From positions 1 to 39,553 of the forward strand of contig JAGVZX010000110.1 of assembly GCA_018302185.1 (NCBI GenBank): a DNA stretch of 39,553 nt, in the 5' to 3' direction. This stretch comes from Candidatus Woesearchaeota archaeon. GTDB lineage: Archaea; Nanobdellota; Nanobdellia; Woesearchaeales; UBA10200. Below the pieces are notes generated by a model. That model saw only the letters and a program-made list of their open reading frames with translations. It ran no database searches and was not told the DNA's origin. Made by a program: the position numbers and the translations under genes. Shown one piece after another: positions 9,073-17,544 of this stretch; the first letter of the stretch is position 1, and each line of letters opens with the position of its first letter.

Positions 9073-9876
9073 ATGAAAACAATACTCATCACAGGCGCAT
9101 CATCAGGCATCGGTAAATCTACAGTAGAATTATTTGCAAAAAAAGCCTGGAATGTAGTTGCAACCATGAGAGATCCTTCTAAAGCAAAGGAATTTAACTG
9201 GCCAGAGAATGTATTGGTTCTGAAATTAGATGTTACAAATAAAAAGGAAATCTTAAATGCAAGAAAAAAAGCAGAAGAGAAATTTGGCAACATTGATGTC
9301 TTGGTCAATAATGCAGGATATGCATTGATAGGAGCGATTGAGACATGCTCAGAAAAACAGATAAGAGACCAGTTTGAGACTAATTTCTTCGGTGCAGTGA
9401 ATGTGATAAAAGAGTTTCTGCCAAGGATGAGAGAAAGGAATTCTGGCACCCTAATCAATATTTCAAGCATCGCAGGAAAAGCTGTGTTTCCTCATTATGG
9501 CTACTATTGCGCAACAAAGTGTTCGATTGAAGCAGTAAGCGAAGCATTATGGTATAACCTGATTCATACCTCTGTAAGAGTTAAGATAATCGAGCCAGGA
9601 ACGATACAAACGCAATTCTATGCAAAGGGCATGGAAATTGGAGAGATAAAAATTCCTTTTTATGAGAAAACTGCTGATAAGCAATTGACTGGCATAAAAA
9701 CTGAAGGTAGGACAGACCCAAAAGTTATTGCAGAGCTTATCTATAAGGCAGCAACTGACAACTCCAGGAAATTAAGGTATCACGCAGGGCAGTTCTCTAC
9801 CTCTCTTCTTTTGCTGAGGAAAATTCTGCCAGATTCAGCATTTATGTGGCTGGTAAGGAAGAAATTTAATATCTAG
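9073..9876 (+). CDS. Short-chain dehydrogenase/reductase (SDR)
   Basis: The signatures ITGASSGIGKS (TGxxxGxG), NNAG and YCATK (YxxxK) are present. Confidence 0.85.
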   Translation: MKTILITGASSGIGKSTVELFAKKAWNVVATMRDPSKAKEFNWPENVLVLKLDVTNKKEILNARKKAEEKFGNIDVLVNNAGYALIGAIETCSEKQIRDQFETNFFGAVNVIKEFLPRMRERNSGTLINISSIAGKAVFPHYGYYCATKCSIEAVSEALWYNLIHTSVRVKIIEPGTIQTQFYAKGMEIGEIKIPFYEKTADKQLTGIKTEGRTDPKVIAELIYKAATDNSRKLRYHAGQFSTSLLLLRKILPDSAFMWLVRKKFNI

Positions 9877-9986
9877 TAATAGTCTTTTAGGCTATCTTTA
9901 ATAAACGCTTTAATCAACAAAAGCTTAAACTTATAAAAGCTCAAAATCGAATAGTTTATATAACAAATAATTATTCTTCTCTTGCA

Positions 9987-10361
9987 ATGAAGCTAACACC
10001 AAGAATCGTAAAAAAGCCATGGGGAAGAGAGATTTGGCTAGTTGTGACAGACAAATATGCATTAAAGATCCTTGAGATAAATGCAGGTAATCGATTCTCG
10101 CTGCAATATCATCGCTTTAAGACAGAAACTTGGTATCTCGATTCAGGAAAGATCAAAGCTACTTACGGTAAATATACTGGCAAAAATTTCAGGAAAACTT
10201 TGAAGGAATATATCATGAAGCCAGGTGATGTCATCCATGTTCCGACAAAGACTGTCCACAGATTGTTTGCAGTCAAGAAATCACAGATAATCGAAGTCTC
10301 GACTCCGCAACTGAAGGATGTTGTAAGATTGGAAGATGATTTTGGCCGAGTGAAAAGGTAG
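9987..10361 (+). CDS. Cupin-domain protein (type II phosphomannose-isomerase-like C-terminal cupin)
   Basis: KPWGREIWL...LEINAGNRFSLQYHRFKTETWY...GDVIHVPTKTVHRL has the cupin His/Glu metal-site pattern. Confidence 0.6.
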   Translation: MKLTPRIVKKPWGREIWLVVTDKYALKILEINAGNRFSLQYHRFKTETWYLDSGKIKATYGKYTGKNFRKTLKEYIMKPGDVIHVPTKTVHRLFAVKKSQIIEVSTPQLKDVVRLEDDFGRVKR

Positions 10362-10373
10362 TTTGTAAAAAAC

Positions 10374-10514
10374 ATGACAAAAATACAAGTAGTAATTAAA
10401 ACTAAAACAGGACTTAAAGAAGAAATTAAGCAACAAGTAAAAGAAGCAAGAAATAGGATTGCAAAAGGTGAATTCATAATTAATGAAATCATATTAAAAG
10501 AATTTCAAGTATAG
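10374..10514 (+). CDS. Small hypothetical protein (46 aa)
   Basis: ATG-initiated MTKIQVVIKTKTGLKEEIKQQVKEARNRIAKGEFIINEIILKEFQV. It sits in the gap between the cupin and HIT genes and is not in the ORF track because it is under 60 aa. Confidence 0.25.
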   Translation: MTKIQVVIKTKTGLKEEIKQQVKEARNRIAKGEFIINEIILKEFQV

Positions 10515-10530
10515 ATAGTGGGTGCTTATC

Positions 10531-10941
10531 ATGACAGATTGCATATTTTGCAAGATTGCTGCTAAAGAAATTCCTGCAAACAAATTATACGAAAGCGAAA
10601 ACTTTATCGTGTTCTTAGACATTAGTCCAGCAAATAAAGGCCATGCTTTGATCGTGCCAAAGATGCATGCTCAAAGCTTAACTGAACTTCCAGAGTATGT
10701 TGCGCAGGAATTTGGGGAGATACAATTAAAACTCTCAAAAGCAGTCATGCAAGCAACTCAAGCAGAAGGCTTTAACTTGTTGTTAAATGACGGCAAAGTC
10801 GCAGGACAAGAAGTTATGCATGCACATATGCACATCATGCCTCGCTTTTTTACAGATGACTTCCATTTCAAATGGACGCATAAGAAATATGGTGCAAATG
10901 AAATGCAGGAATATTTTGAAATGATAAAAGGGAATTTGTGA
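10531..10941 (+). CDS. HIT-family (histidine triad) nucleotide hydrolase/transferase
   Basis: The HAHMHIMPR histidine triad and the N-terminal CIFCKI are present. I prefer the ATG at 10531 to the GTG at 10522. Confidence 0.9.
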   Translation: MTDCIFCKIAAKEIPANKLYESENFIVFLDISPANKGHALIVPKMHAQSLTELPEYVAQEFGEIQLKLSKAVMQATQAEGFNLLLNDGKVAGQEVMHAHMHIMPRFFTDDFHFKWTHKKYGANEMQEYFEMIKGNL

Positions 10942-10946
10942 TTAAA

Positions 10947-10954
10947 TTTATATA
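10947..10954 (+). promoter_or_regulatory. TATA-box-like element for serS
   Basis: tttatata lies 25-32 nt upstream of the ATG at 10979. Confidence 0.4.
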
Positions 10955-10978
10955 CTTCTATCTTAACTATTCTTTAAA

Positions 10979-12262
10979 ATGCTTGACATAAAACTGATAA
11001 GAGAAAATCCGAATATTGTGAAGCAAGATTTAACTAAAAGGAACGACAAGGAAAAGCTTGCCTGGGTAGATGATCTGCTGCAGAAAGATGAGGAATACAG
11101 GAAGCTTACATATTCTGTCCAGGAATTAAAGCACAAAAAGAACTCTCTGAACCAGGAAATCTCACAGCTAAGAAAGGAAGGCAAAGACATCACAAAGAAA
11201 TTGGCTGAGATGAAATCTCTTCCAGTAGAACTAGCAAATGCAGAAAAAAGGATGCAAGAACTAAAGGAAAAGATTGACTTTTACATGCAGAGATTGCCTA
11301 ACATACTCCATGATTCTGTGCCGTTAGGCAAAACTCCAGATGATAATGTAACAGTAAGGGTCTGGGGCAAGATACCAAAACAGAAATTCACTCCAGTAAG
11401 CCATGTTGATATTATAGAAAAGCTGAATTTGGTTGACCTTGACAGGGCAGCAAAAGTTGCAGGTGCAAGATTTTATTATCTCAAGAATGAATTGGTATTA
11501 ATGGAGCTTGCATTGCAGAAGCTTGCATTAGACTTATTAGTAAAAAAAGGTTACCAAATAATGGAAGTTCCATTGATGATCAGCAAAAAAGCAATCTCTG
11601 GTGCAATTACCTTGGGAGATTTTGAGGATGTCATATACAAGATAGAGAATGAAGACCTTTACATGATCGCAACAAGCGAACATTCTCTTGCATGCTATCA
11701 TATGGATGAAACACTTAAGCAAGAAGAACTCCCTTGAAGATATGCAGGGGTAAGCAGCTGTTTTAGAAAAGAAGCAGGCGCGCATGGAAAAGACACAAAA
11801 GGAATCTTCAGAGTTCACCAATTCAACAAGGTTGAGCAATTTATTTTCTCAACTCCTGAGCAGAGTTGGGCATTGCATGAAGAACTCATTAAAAACGCAG
11901 AAGAATTATTCCAATCACTAAAATTGCCTTACAGGATCGTAAACATCTGTACAGCTGACATTGGTTCAGTTGCAGCAAAAAAATACGATTTAGAAGTCTG
12001 GATGCCAGTGCAAAATTGCTATCGAGAGATGGTCTCTTGCAGCAACTGCACAGATTTTCAATCAAGAAAATTAAACATCAGATTTGGCCAGCCAGGAGCA
12101 GCAGGAAATCCTTTAGTGCATACTCTAAACAGCACAGCAGTTGCAACATCAAGGGCAATCGCTGCAATCATAGAAAACTACCAGAATGAAGATGGAAGCA
12201 TTGAAGTTCCTAAAGTCTTGCAGAAGCTGATGGGCGGGATTAAAGTTATTGGGAAGAAATGA
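10979..12262 (+). CDS. serS: Seryl-tRNA synthetase, single reading frame interrupted by an in-frame TGA at 11735-11737
   Basis: The N-terminal coiled-coil arm is present. After the TGA the same frame continues [35 protein letters not shown] (class II motif 2) and then [21 protein letters not shown] (motif 3). The track splits this into 10979-11737 and 11873-12262. Both pieces are in the same frame (start positions are both 2 mod 3). Confidence 0.9.
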
Positions 12263-12317
12263 ACATCTTTTGAAATTATACTTATATCTTACTTGCTAAT
12301 TTTTCTCTGCTTTTTAT

Positions 12318-13490
12318 CTATTTAGTATAATCTATCGTAATAAGAGATGCTTTAGCATGTTCAGCAGCATCTTTAACGCTAGGAATGTGGACAAAGCCAC
12401 CAATCATCAGATATACTTGTCCTGTCTTTTTACCAGCTTTCTCTTGTACGGTTCTTATCCAGTTTTTGCTTCTTTGCACAACAAGATAATTAAAATACAT
12501 ATTATCATAAACTACTGAGTTTTGCAAATTTTCTTTAGGTATCTGGTATTTAGAACTTAATTCTTCTATTCTTGTACCAAATTCTGCGTTATATCTTATC
12601 ATTCTCTCTCTAATATCTGCAATAATTGCTATCCCCTCTTCCTGTGAAGCTGTGTCTTGTCCATTTTCTCTGATCTGGGTTACAATTTCATCAAGGTCAT
12701 CTAACCAATGCTGAATTGCTTCTCTGGATTGCAAATAATCAAGAATTGCCCCTCTTTCAAGTATATCTGAGTAATCTTTTTCTTGTTCTATTCCAAATAC
12801 AATGGAATCCTTTTCTAATAATCTTGGAAGCTTTAGGGGATACACTAATCCTGGCGCTAATGACATTATGTTTATGTCTCTTTGCATCATAAAACCCAAT
12901 CCCTCAAATATTCTGGTATATATTCCAGTTATTTTTTTATGCAGTATCTCTGTGCCTGGTGCATCTCTCTCTTTGAAATATCTTATTAATCTTGTAATTT
13001 CCTGATTTGCCGAATCCCTCTCATTTATAAACCTGTCTTTTTCTGTGCTGTTCTCTACACTTTTTAAAGTTGTAAGATGTTTCTGTATCTCTTCTGTACT
13101 TTCTGTATCAAGGATACCTTCTAACCCTATGCCGTTAAGCTCTATCCTTGATCTAATGATCCTTTCTAATTTTCTCACATAATTCTCAATTAAAGTTTCA
13201 GTTTCAAGCCAATCAGGCAGATAGATTATCACATTCTTGCTCTCTTCAAAATACACAGAATTAGCTTCATCTACGCTAAATCCTAATTTTTTGAGTTCAT
13301 TAGTTGTTCTTGAATACAGATCTTTTCTTTCTGCTATCCATTTCCAGATCGTGCTCACTAAGCCAACTTGTTTTGATTCCAGAACTCCGTCAACAGCAGC
13401 TACAGCTATGCCTGCTCCTATCCATTTCATAAAATATCTTCTTTCTTCTCTTTTCCGCTCTTCTTCCTGTTCTTTTTTTCTCTTGCTCAT
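12318..13490 (-). CDS. Hypothetical protein with a charged N-terminus and one predicted TM helix
   Basis: A 390-aa ORF beginning MSKRKKEQEEERKREERR, followed by WIGAGIAVAAVDGVL. No family recognised. Confidence 0.6.
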   Translation of the reverse strand: MSKRKKEQEEERKREERRYFMKWIGAGIAVAAVDGVLESKQVGLVSTIWKWIAERKDLYSRTTNELKKLGFSVDEANSVYFEESKNVIIYLPDWLETETLIENYVRKLERIIRSRIELNGIGLEGILDTESTEEIQKHLTTLKSVENSTEKDRFINERDSANQEITRLIRYFKERDAPGTEILHKKITGIYTRIFEGLGFMMQRDINIMSLAPGLVYPLKLPRLLEKDSIVFGIEQEKDYSDILERGAILDYLQSREAIQHWLDDLDEIVTQIRENGQDTASQEEGIAIIADIRERMIRYNAEFGTRIEELSSKYQIPKENLQNSVVYDNMYFNYLVVQRSKNWIRTVQEKAGKKTGQVYLMIGGFVHIPSVKDAAEHAKASLITIDYTK

Positions 13491-13778
13491 TATACTCCTA
13501 AATCAATAAGAACTATATAAAGTTTACCACTAGAGAATAGTTATTTAATTTCTGATATTATGCACTGTATCTTGTTATTTCTAGCATCTTTTTCGATTTA
13601 TTTAAATATACTAAACTTAATTTCTGATAATAACCTATTTTAATCAGTTGATTTTTTACCAAAAGCATTTGTTAATGCATAATATTATCGTGAGGGGAGA
13701 AATATTTCAATAATCAAAGACATTTTAAGGAGCACTGAAACGCTTTTCAAGAATCCTGTTGTTCTTGATTATGATTAT

Positions 13779-14792
13779 GTGCCAAAGGTAATTCCTTACA
13801 GGGAGCCGCAGCAGAGGCAGATAGCAGAATGCTTAAAGCCATTGATGCAGGACATGAACGGCAAGAACCTTATGATGCATGGTCCTAGCGGCAACGGAAA
13901 GACAGTGGCATGCAAAAATCTGTTCCAAGAGCTTCAGGAAGAGACAGATGGGATAGAAGTGCTGTATATCAATTGCTGGCAGAAAAACACTTCTTTCAAG
14001 ATAATGTCAGATATGGCAGATCAGCTTGGATTCAAGTTCACACATAACTTAAAGACAGATGAATTGTTTAAGCTGATAAAGCAAAAAATAAATAAGGGCA
14101 GTGCAGTATTTTGCTTTGACGAGGCAGACAAGATAGAAGATTTTGATTTTCTTTATATGTTGCTGGAAGAAATTTATCGTAAAAGCATAATCCTGATAAC
14201 CAATTACCATCAATGGCTTATCAATCTTGATCCAAGGATAAAATCAAGGTTAACGCCAGATACTTTAGAATTCAGATCTTACAGCATGGATGAGATAGAC
14301 GGAATCTTAAGAGAGAGGATAAGCTATGCCTTTTTTGAGAATGCTTGGCAGGAAGATGCAATCAAGTTGATTGTGCAGAAGGCATATGAAGTCTCAGATA
14401 TAAGAGCTGGATTATATTTGCTTAAAGAAGCTGCATTGATTGCAGAATCTTCAAGCAACAAAAGGATAGGCATAGACCATGCAAGGAAAGCGATAGAAAA
14501 GTTAGTTGAATTCACTATAAAAAATTCAGCTGACTTGGAAGATGAGACCAGATTTATTCTTGCTGTTGTCAAAAAAAACCCAAGTTTAAAGATGGGAGAG
14601 CTGTTTAAACTATATGAAAAAGAAGGCGGAAAGTCAGTGTATAAGACTTTTACAAGGAAGATCGCTAAATTAGCAGAAAATAAGTTTGTTACTCTTGAAA
14701 GGGCAGTTGGCGGTTCAGAAGGCAACACTACAATAGTGAATTATCTCTCTACAGCCAGTAAGAAAGAAGAGAAGAAACTTACTGATTTCTAA
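13779..14792 (+). CDS. cdc6: Orc1/Cdc6 replication initiator (true start probably upstream, about 13704-13713)
   Basis: The signatures are Walker A MHGPSGNGKT, Walker B FCFDEADK and a C-terminal winged helix. The frame is open back to 13683 and encodes the conserved Orc1 N-terminal stretch ETLFKNPVVLDYDYVP, but that stretch has no ATG, GTG or TTG. Confidence 0.9.
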   Translation: MPKVIPYREPQQRQIAECLKPLMQDMNGKNLMMHGPSGNGKTVACKNLFQELQEETDGIEVLYINCWQKNTSFKIMSDMADQLGFKFTHNLKTDELFKLIKQKINKGSAVFCFDEADKIEDFDFLYMLLEEIYRKSIILITNYHQWLINLDPRIKSRLTPDTLEFRSYSMDEIDGILRERISYAFFENAWQEDAIKLIVQKAYEVSDIRAGLYLLKEAALIAESSSNKRIGIDHARKAIEKLVEFTIKNSADLEDETRFILAVVKKNPSLKMGELFKLYEKEGGKSVYKTFTRKIAKLAENKFVTLERAVGGSEGNTTIVNYLSTASKKEEKKLTDF

Positions 14793-15502
14793 GGCTTTGC
14801 CACAGTATTCCACAATAATTCAAAATATTTCCTGTAGCTGTCTGCAAGAGCTCGATTGTCAATTACAATCGCAGAAACCTCATCAGTAGATAACAAGATA
14901 ATAACAAGGCTTCCACATACATCAATCATCATCGGGCTCTGGTATTTGTCTGGCAGATACCTTGTATCATAGTCCTTTGCAACGCCTGTCTTTCTTGTGA
15001 ATTCATAGTATAATGCTTTTACTTTGCATTTGTTCGACTTCAATTCTTTAATAAATTTATCATGCCTGTGCTTAAGAAACTCTCTTGTTCTGCCAGAGCC
15101 ACCTATACCATAGATAGTTTCCTTTTGCGCCATCATCATGCTGTATGCAGTAGAAACACCATCTGGTCCGTGAAAATAATACACATGTTCTTTCTTTGGG
15201 TTTATGTTATAATCCAGCTTTAACTCAGGCAAAGCTTTTTCAACAAGATATTCTTTTTGCTTGATTATTTCTCTAAGGACATCAGGATTCACAACCTGGT
15301 ATGCTTTCTTCTTGTTTGCAATGATGCTGCTTACTAAGCCTTTTTCTGTCAATCTATCAAGGATATCATAGACATTTACCCTATGGACACCTGACTTCTT
15401 TGTTATCTCATTAACGTTTGCAGAGCCCAGCTTCAATAATGCAAGATATACTTTTGCTTCGTTGAATGTCAAGCCTGCTGCTAAGAGTGCTTCTTCTTTC
15501 AT
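14789..15502 (-). CDS. TrmB-family transcriptional regulator
   Basis: The N-terminal LTFNEAKVYLALLKLGSANVNEITKKSGVHRVNVYDILDRLTEKGLVS is the TrmB-type wHTH. The C-terminal part is a sensor-like domain. Confidence 0.8.
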   Translation of the reverse strand: MKEEALLAAGLTFNEAKVYLALLKLGSANVNEITKKSGVHRVNVYDILDRLTEKGLVSSIIANKKKAYQVVNPDVLREIIKQKEYLVEKALPELKLDYNINPKKEHVYYFHGPDGVSTAYSMMMAQKETIYGIGGSGRTREFLKHRHDKFIKELKSNKCKVKALYYEFTRKTGVAKDYDTRYLPDKYQSPMMIDVCGSLVIILLSTDEVSAIVIDNRALADSYRKYFELLWNTVAKP

Positions 15503-15633
15503 TGCAGAAATAGATAAGAGAGGCTATTATTTAAAGTTTATGTTTGTTGTAATACTTATTACTACACTAGTTAATATAGCGACGATAAATCACTCGATAG
15601 AAAGCGACAGGTTATAGCGTATCGGGGGCAAAC

Positions 15634-15777
15634 ATGCAGGAATTATATGAAGCAAGAGTTGAGCAGTTTAATGAGAAAGCGCACAAGAAGCAAAAAACAA
15701 ACCTAGATATGAAGATGATCGCTTACGCATGCCTATCATTTGTGGTGCTCTTGCTATTATTATCATTATTTGACTAA
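15634..15777 (+). CDS. Small (47 aa) protein with a C-terminal hydrophobic helix
   Basis: MQELYEARVEQFNEKAHKKQKTNLDMKMIAYACLSFVVLLLLLSLFD. It is ATG-initiated and absent from the ORF track. Confidence 0.3.
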   Translation: MQELYEARVEQFNEKAHKKQKTNLDMKMIAYACLSFVVLLLLLSLFD

Positions 15778-15810
15778 AAATTATTAAATAACCTTCATTT
15801 AACATCATTT

Positions 15811-15954
15811 ATGACAGAATTTGAAGATGCGGAAGCAGAAGAGATGCATGCACATTCAGACCATCACATAGATGCAAGCCCTGAATGGAAGTATTTCAAA
15901 TATGCAGTATATTTTATCATACTTTTAGTTGTGTTATATTATGTTTTGAAGTAA
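15811..15954 (+). CDS. Small (47 aa) protein with a His-rich N-terminus and a C-terminal hydrophobic helix
   Basis: MTEFEDAEAEEMHAHSDHHIDASPEWKYFKYAVYFIILLVVLYYVLK. It has the same length and layout as the preceding mini-ORF and ends 4 nt before the next gene. Confidence 0.3.
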   Translation: MTEFEDAEAEEMHAHSDHHIDASPEWKYFKYAVYFIILLVVLYYVLK

Positions 15955-15958
15955 ACAG

Positions 15959-17494
15959 GTGAGGCTATTGATAGTAACTAATAAACAGCATTCTAAGATT
16001 GATGTAGCTAGCATTCTAAAGAAAAAATACTATTTTCAGGGATTTAACGGCACTCCAGGATTGTTGACATTTGGTGCACCTTCTTCCTGCAAATACATGT
16101 ATGAGTATCTGGGCTATGGCTATAGTGTGCTTGTTGATTTCTATGAGAATGACAAAGCATATTACGGCTATGCCTGGGATGATTTGCATAATATAAACGA
16201 CCATCTGATGCAAAATCTGAAAAAGAATAAGGATTACCTAAAAGTTATCTGGCAGAAACACACTTCCATCAACAAAGAGCATTTTAATGTTCTGAAAAAG
16301 CTTGATAAGTTAGAGTTAAATAAAATAGGCAACATAGAGCTGCTTGAGGACTACCATATTCTTGCAGAAGCTCTTAACAAGCTTTTGGGCGTAAGTCACA
16401 TGGTTGAGGGCTTCACTCTCACAAGCGAAGAAAAGATAAGATCACTTATTTTTGATGCAGTAAAAAAAATGGGGAGAGAGAAAGAATACAATCAGCTGAT
16501 TGCAGATCTGACTGCATCTACATTTCCTTCATTCATAGGAGAAGCTCATAATGCAATTGTGCTTGCAGCAGTTGAATATACTAAGCATGGAAAAAAAATA
16601 GCTAAGCTGCTAAAGCAATTGGAAAAAAAATATTACTGGCTTAACAACGGCTATTCATGCACGCATTATCTTGATGCAGATTACTTTATGCATGAGATTA
16701 ATGAGCTGGTAAAGAAAGGCATCACAAAAGAGATGGAGAATTATGCCAAAAATTACCGAAAGATTTTGTATGAGAATAAAAAAAGAAAGCAACAGCTTTT
16801 CAAAGAACTAAAACTAAGCGATGAGCTAATCCAACTTCTGGAAATCAGCGATTTTATGGCAAAACTGCAGGACAACAGGAAGCATGTTACTACAATCACT
16901 CTGAGCTATATTGATAACTTTTTGGCTGAAATAAGCAAGAGATATAATTTAAAGCATGAGCTTGTTCGCTACCTTATCCAAGCAGAAGTAACAGAATTTA
17001 ACCTGAACAATCTTACTGATCAAATGCTTGAAGAAAGAAGAGCAAAGTCAATATTTTTCTATACTTATGAAAGCCAGAAAGAGAAAGAGCCTGAAAAAAG
17101 AGGCATTGTATTTACTGGTAGAAAAGCAGAGCAGATGATAACTCAATTGATGGATGAAGACCATGGCGAGATCCATGAACTCAAAGGAAACTGTGCATCT
17201 CCTGGAAAAGTTACTGCAATAGTTAAAGTCTGCAGAGGAGCAAATGAGATTGCAAAAGTGCAGAGAGGAGATATTTTAGTTGCGTGCATGACACAGCCAG
17301 AGTTTGTTCCTGCAATGAAAAAAGCAGCAGCGATAATCACAGACGAGGGCGGTCTTACCTGCCACGCGGCAATTGTCAGTCGTGAACTTGGGATTCCATG
17401 CCTAATAGGCACAAGAAAAGCAACTAAAGTCTTAAAGGATGGCATGAAGGTTGAAGTTGATGCTGACAATGGGGTTGTTAGGATATTGAGATGA
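15959..17494 (+). CDS. PEP-utiliser swivel (phosphohistidine) domain protein, family copy P1
   Basis: The C-terminus reads GNCASPGKVTAIVKV...GDILVACMTQPEFVPAMKKAAAIITDEGGLTCHAAIVSRELGIPCLIGT...DGMKVEVDADNGVVRIL, which is the PF00391-type mobile domain. The start is GTG. The helical N-domain is shared with P2-P5. Confidence 0.85.
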   Translation: MRLLIVTNKQHSKIDVASILKKKYYFQGFNGTPGLLTFGAPSSCKYMYEYLGYGYSVLVDFYENDKAYYGYAWDDLHNINDHLMQNLKKNKDYLKVIWQKHTSINKEHFNVLKKLDKLELNKIGNIELLEDYHILAEALNKLLGVSHMVEGFTLTSEEKIRSLIFDAVKKMGREKEYNQLIADLTASTFPSFIGEAHNAIVLAAVEYTKHGKKIAKLLKQLEKKYYWLNNGYSCTHYLDADYFMHEINELVKKGITKEMENYAKNYRKILYENKKRKQQLFKELKLSDELIQLLEISDFMAKLQDNRKHVTTITLSYIDNFLAEISKRYNLKHELVRYLIQAEVTEFNLNNLTDQMLEERRAKSIFFYTYESQKEKEPEKRGIVFTGRKAEQMITQLMDEDHGEIHELKGNCASPGKVTAIVKVCRGANEIAKVQRGDILVACMTQPEFVPAMKKAAAIITDEGGLTCHAAIVSRELGIPCLIGTRKATKVLKDGMKVEVDADNGVVRILR

Positions 17495-17544
17495 GATATA
17501 AATGTATTAGATAAACCTAATTATAAACTTACGAGGCTCTTGAA

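Noticed and set aside
11735-11737. Genome-wide reassignment of TGA (to Trp or Gly) or selenocysteine as the explanation for the serS in-frame TGA
   Set aside because: TGA terminates P1 (17492-17494) and P3 (31049-31051) exactly at the conserved C-terminus of the paralog family. No other conserved gene in the window needs TGA read-through. The position is a variable hydrophobic residue in SerRS and not a catalytic Cys/Sec site.
15540-15633. Possible tRNA or small RNA in the TrmB/mini-ORF intergenic region (GC-richer patch ...gcgtatcgggggcaaac)
   Set aside because: I could not fold a cloverleaf. There is no acceptor-stem complementarity and no T-loop GTTCRANYC-like motif. It may be 5' UTR or promoter sequence.
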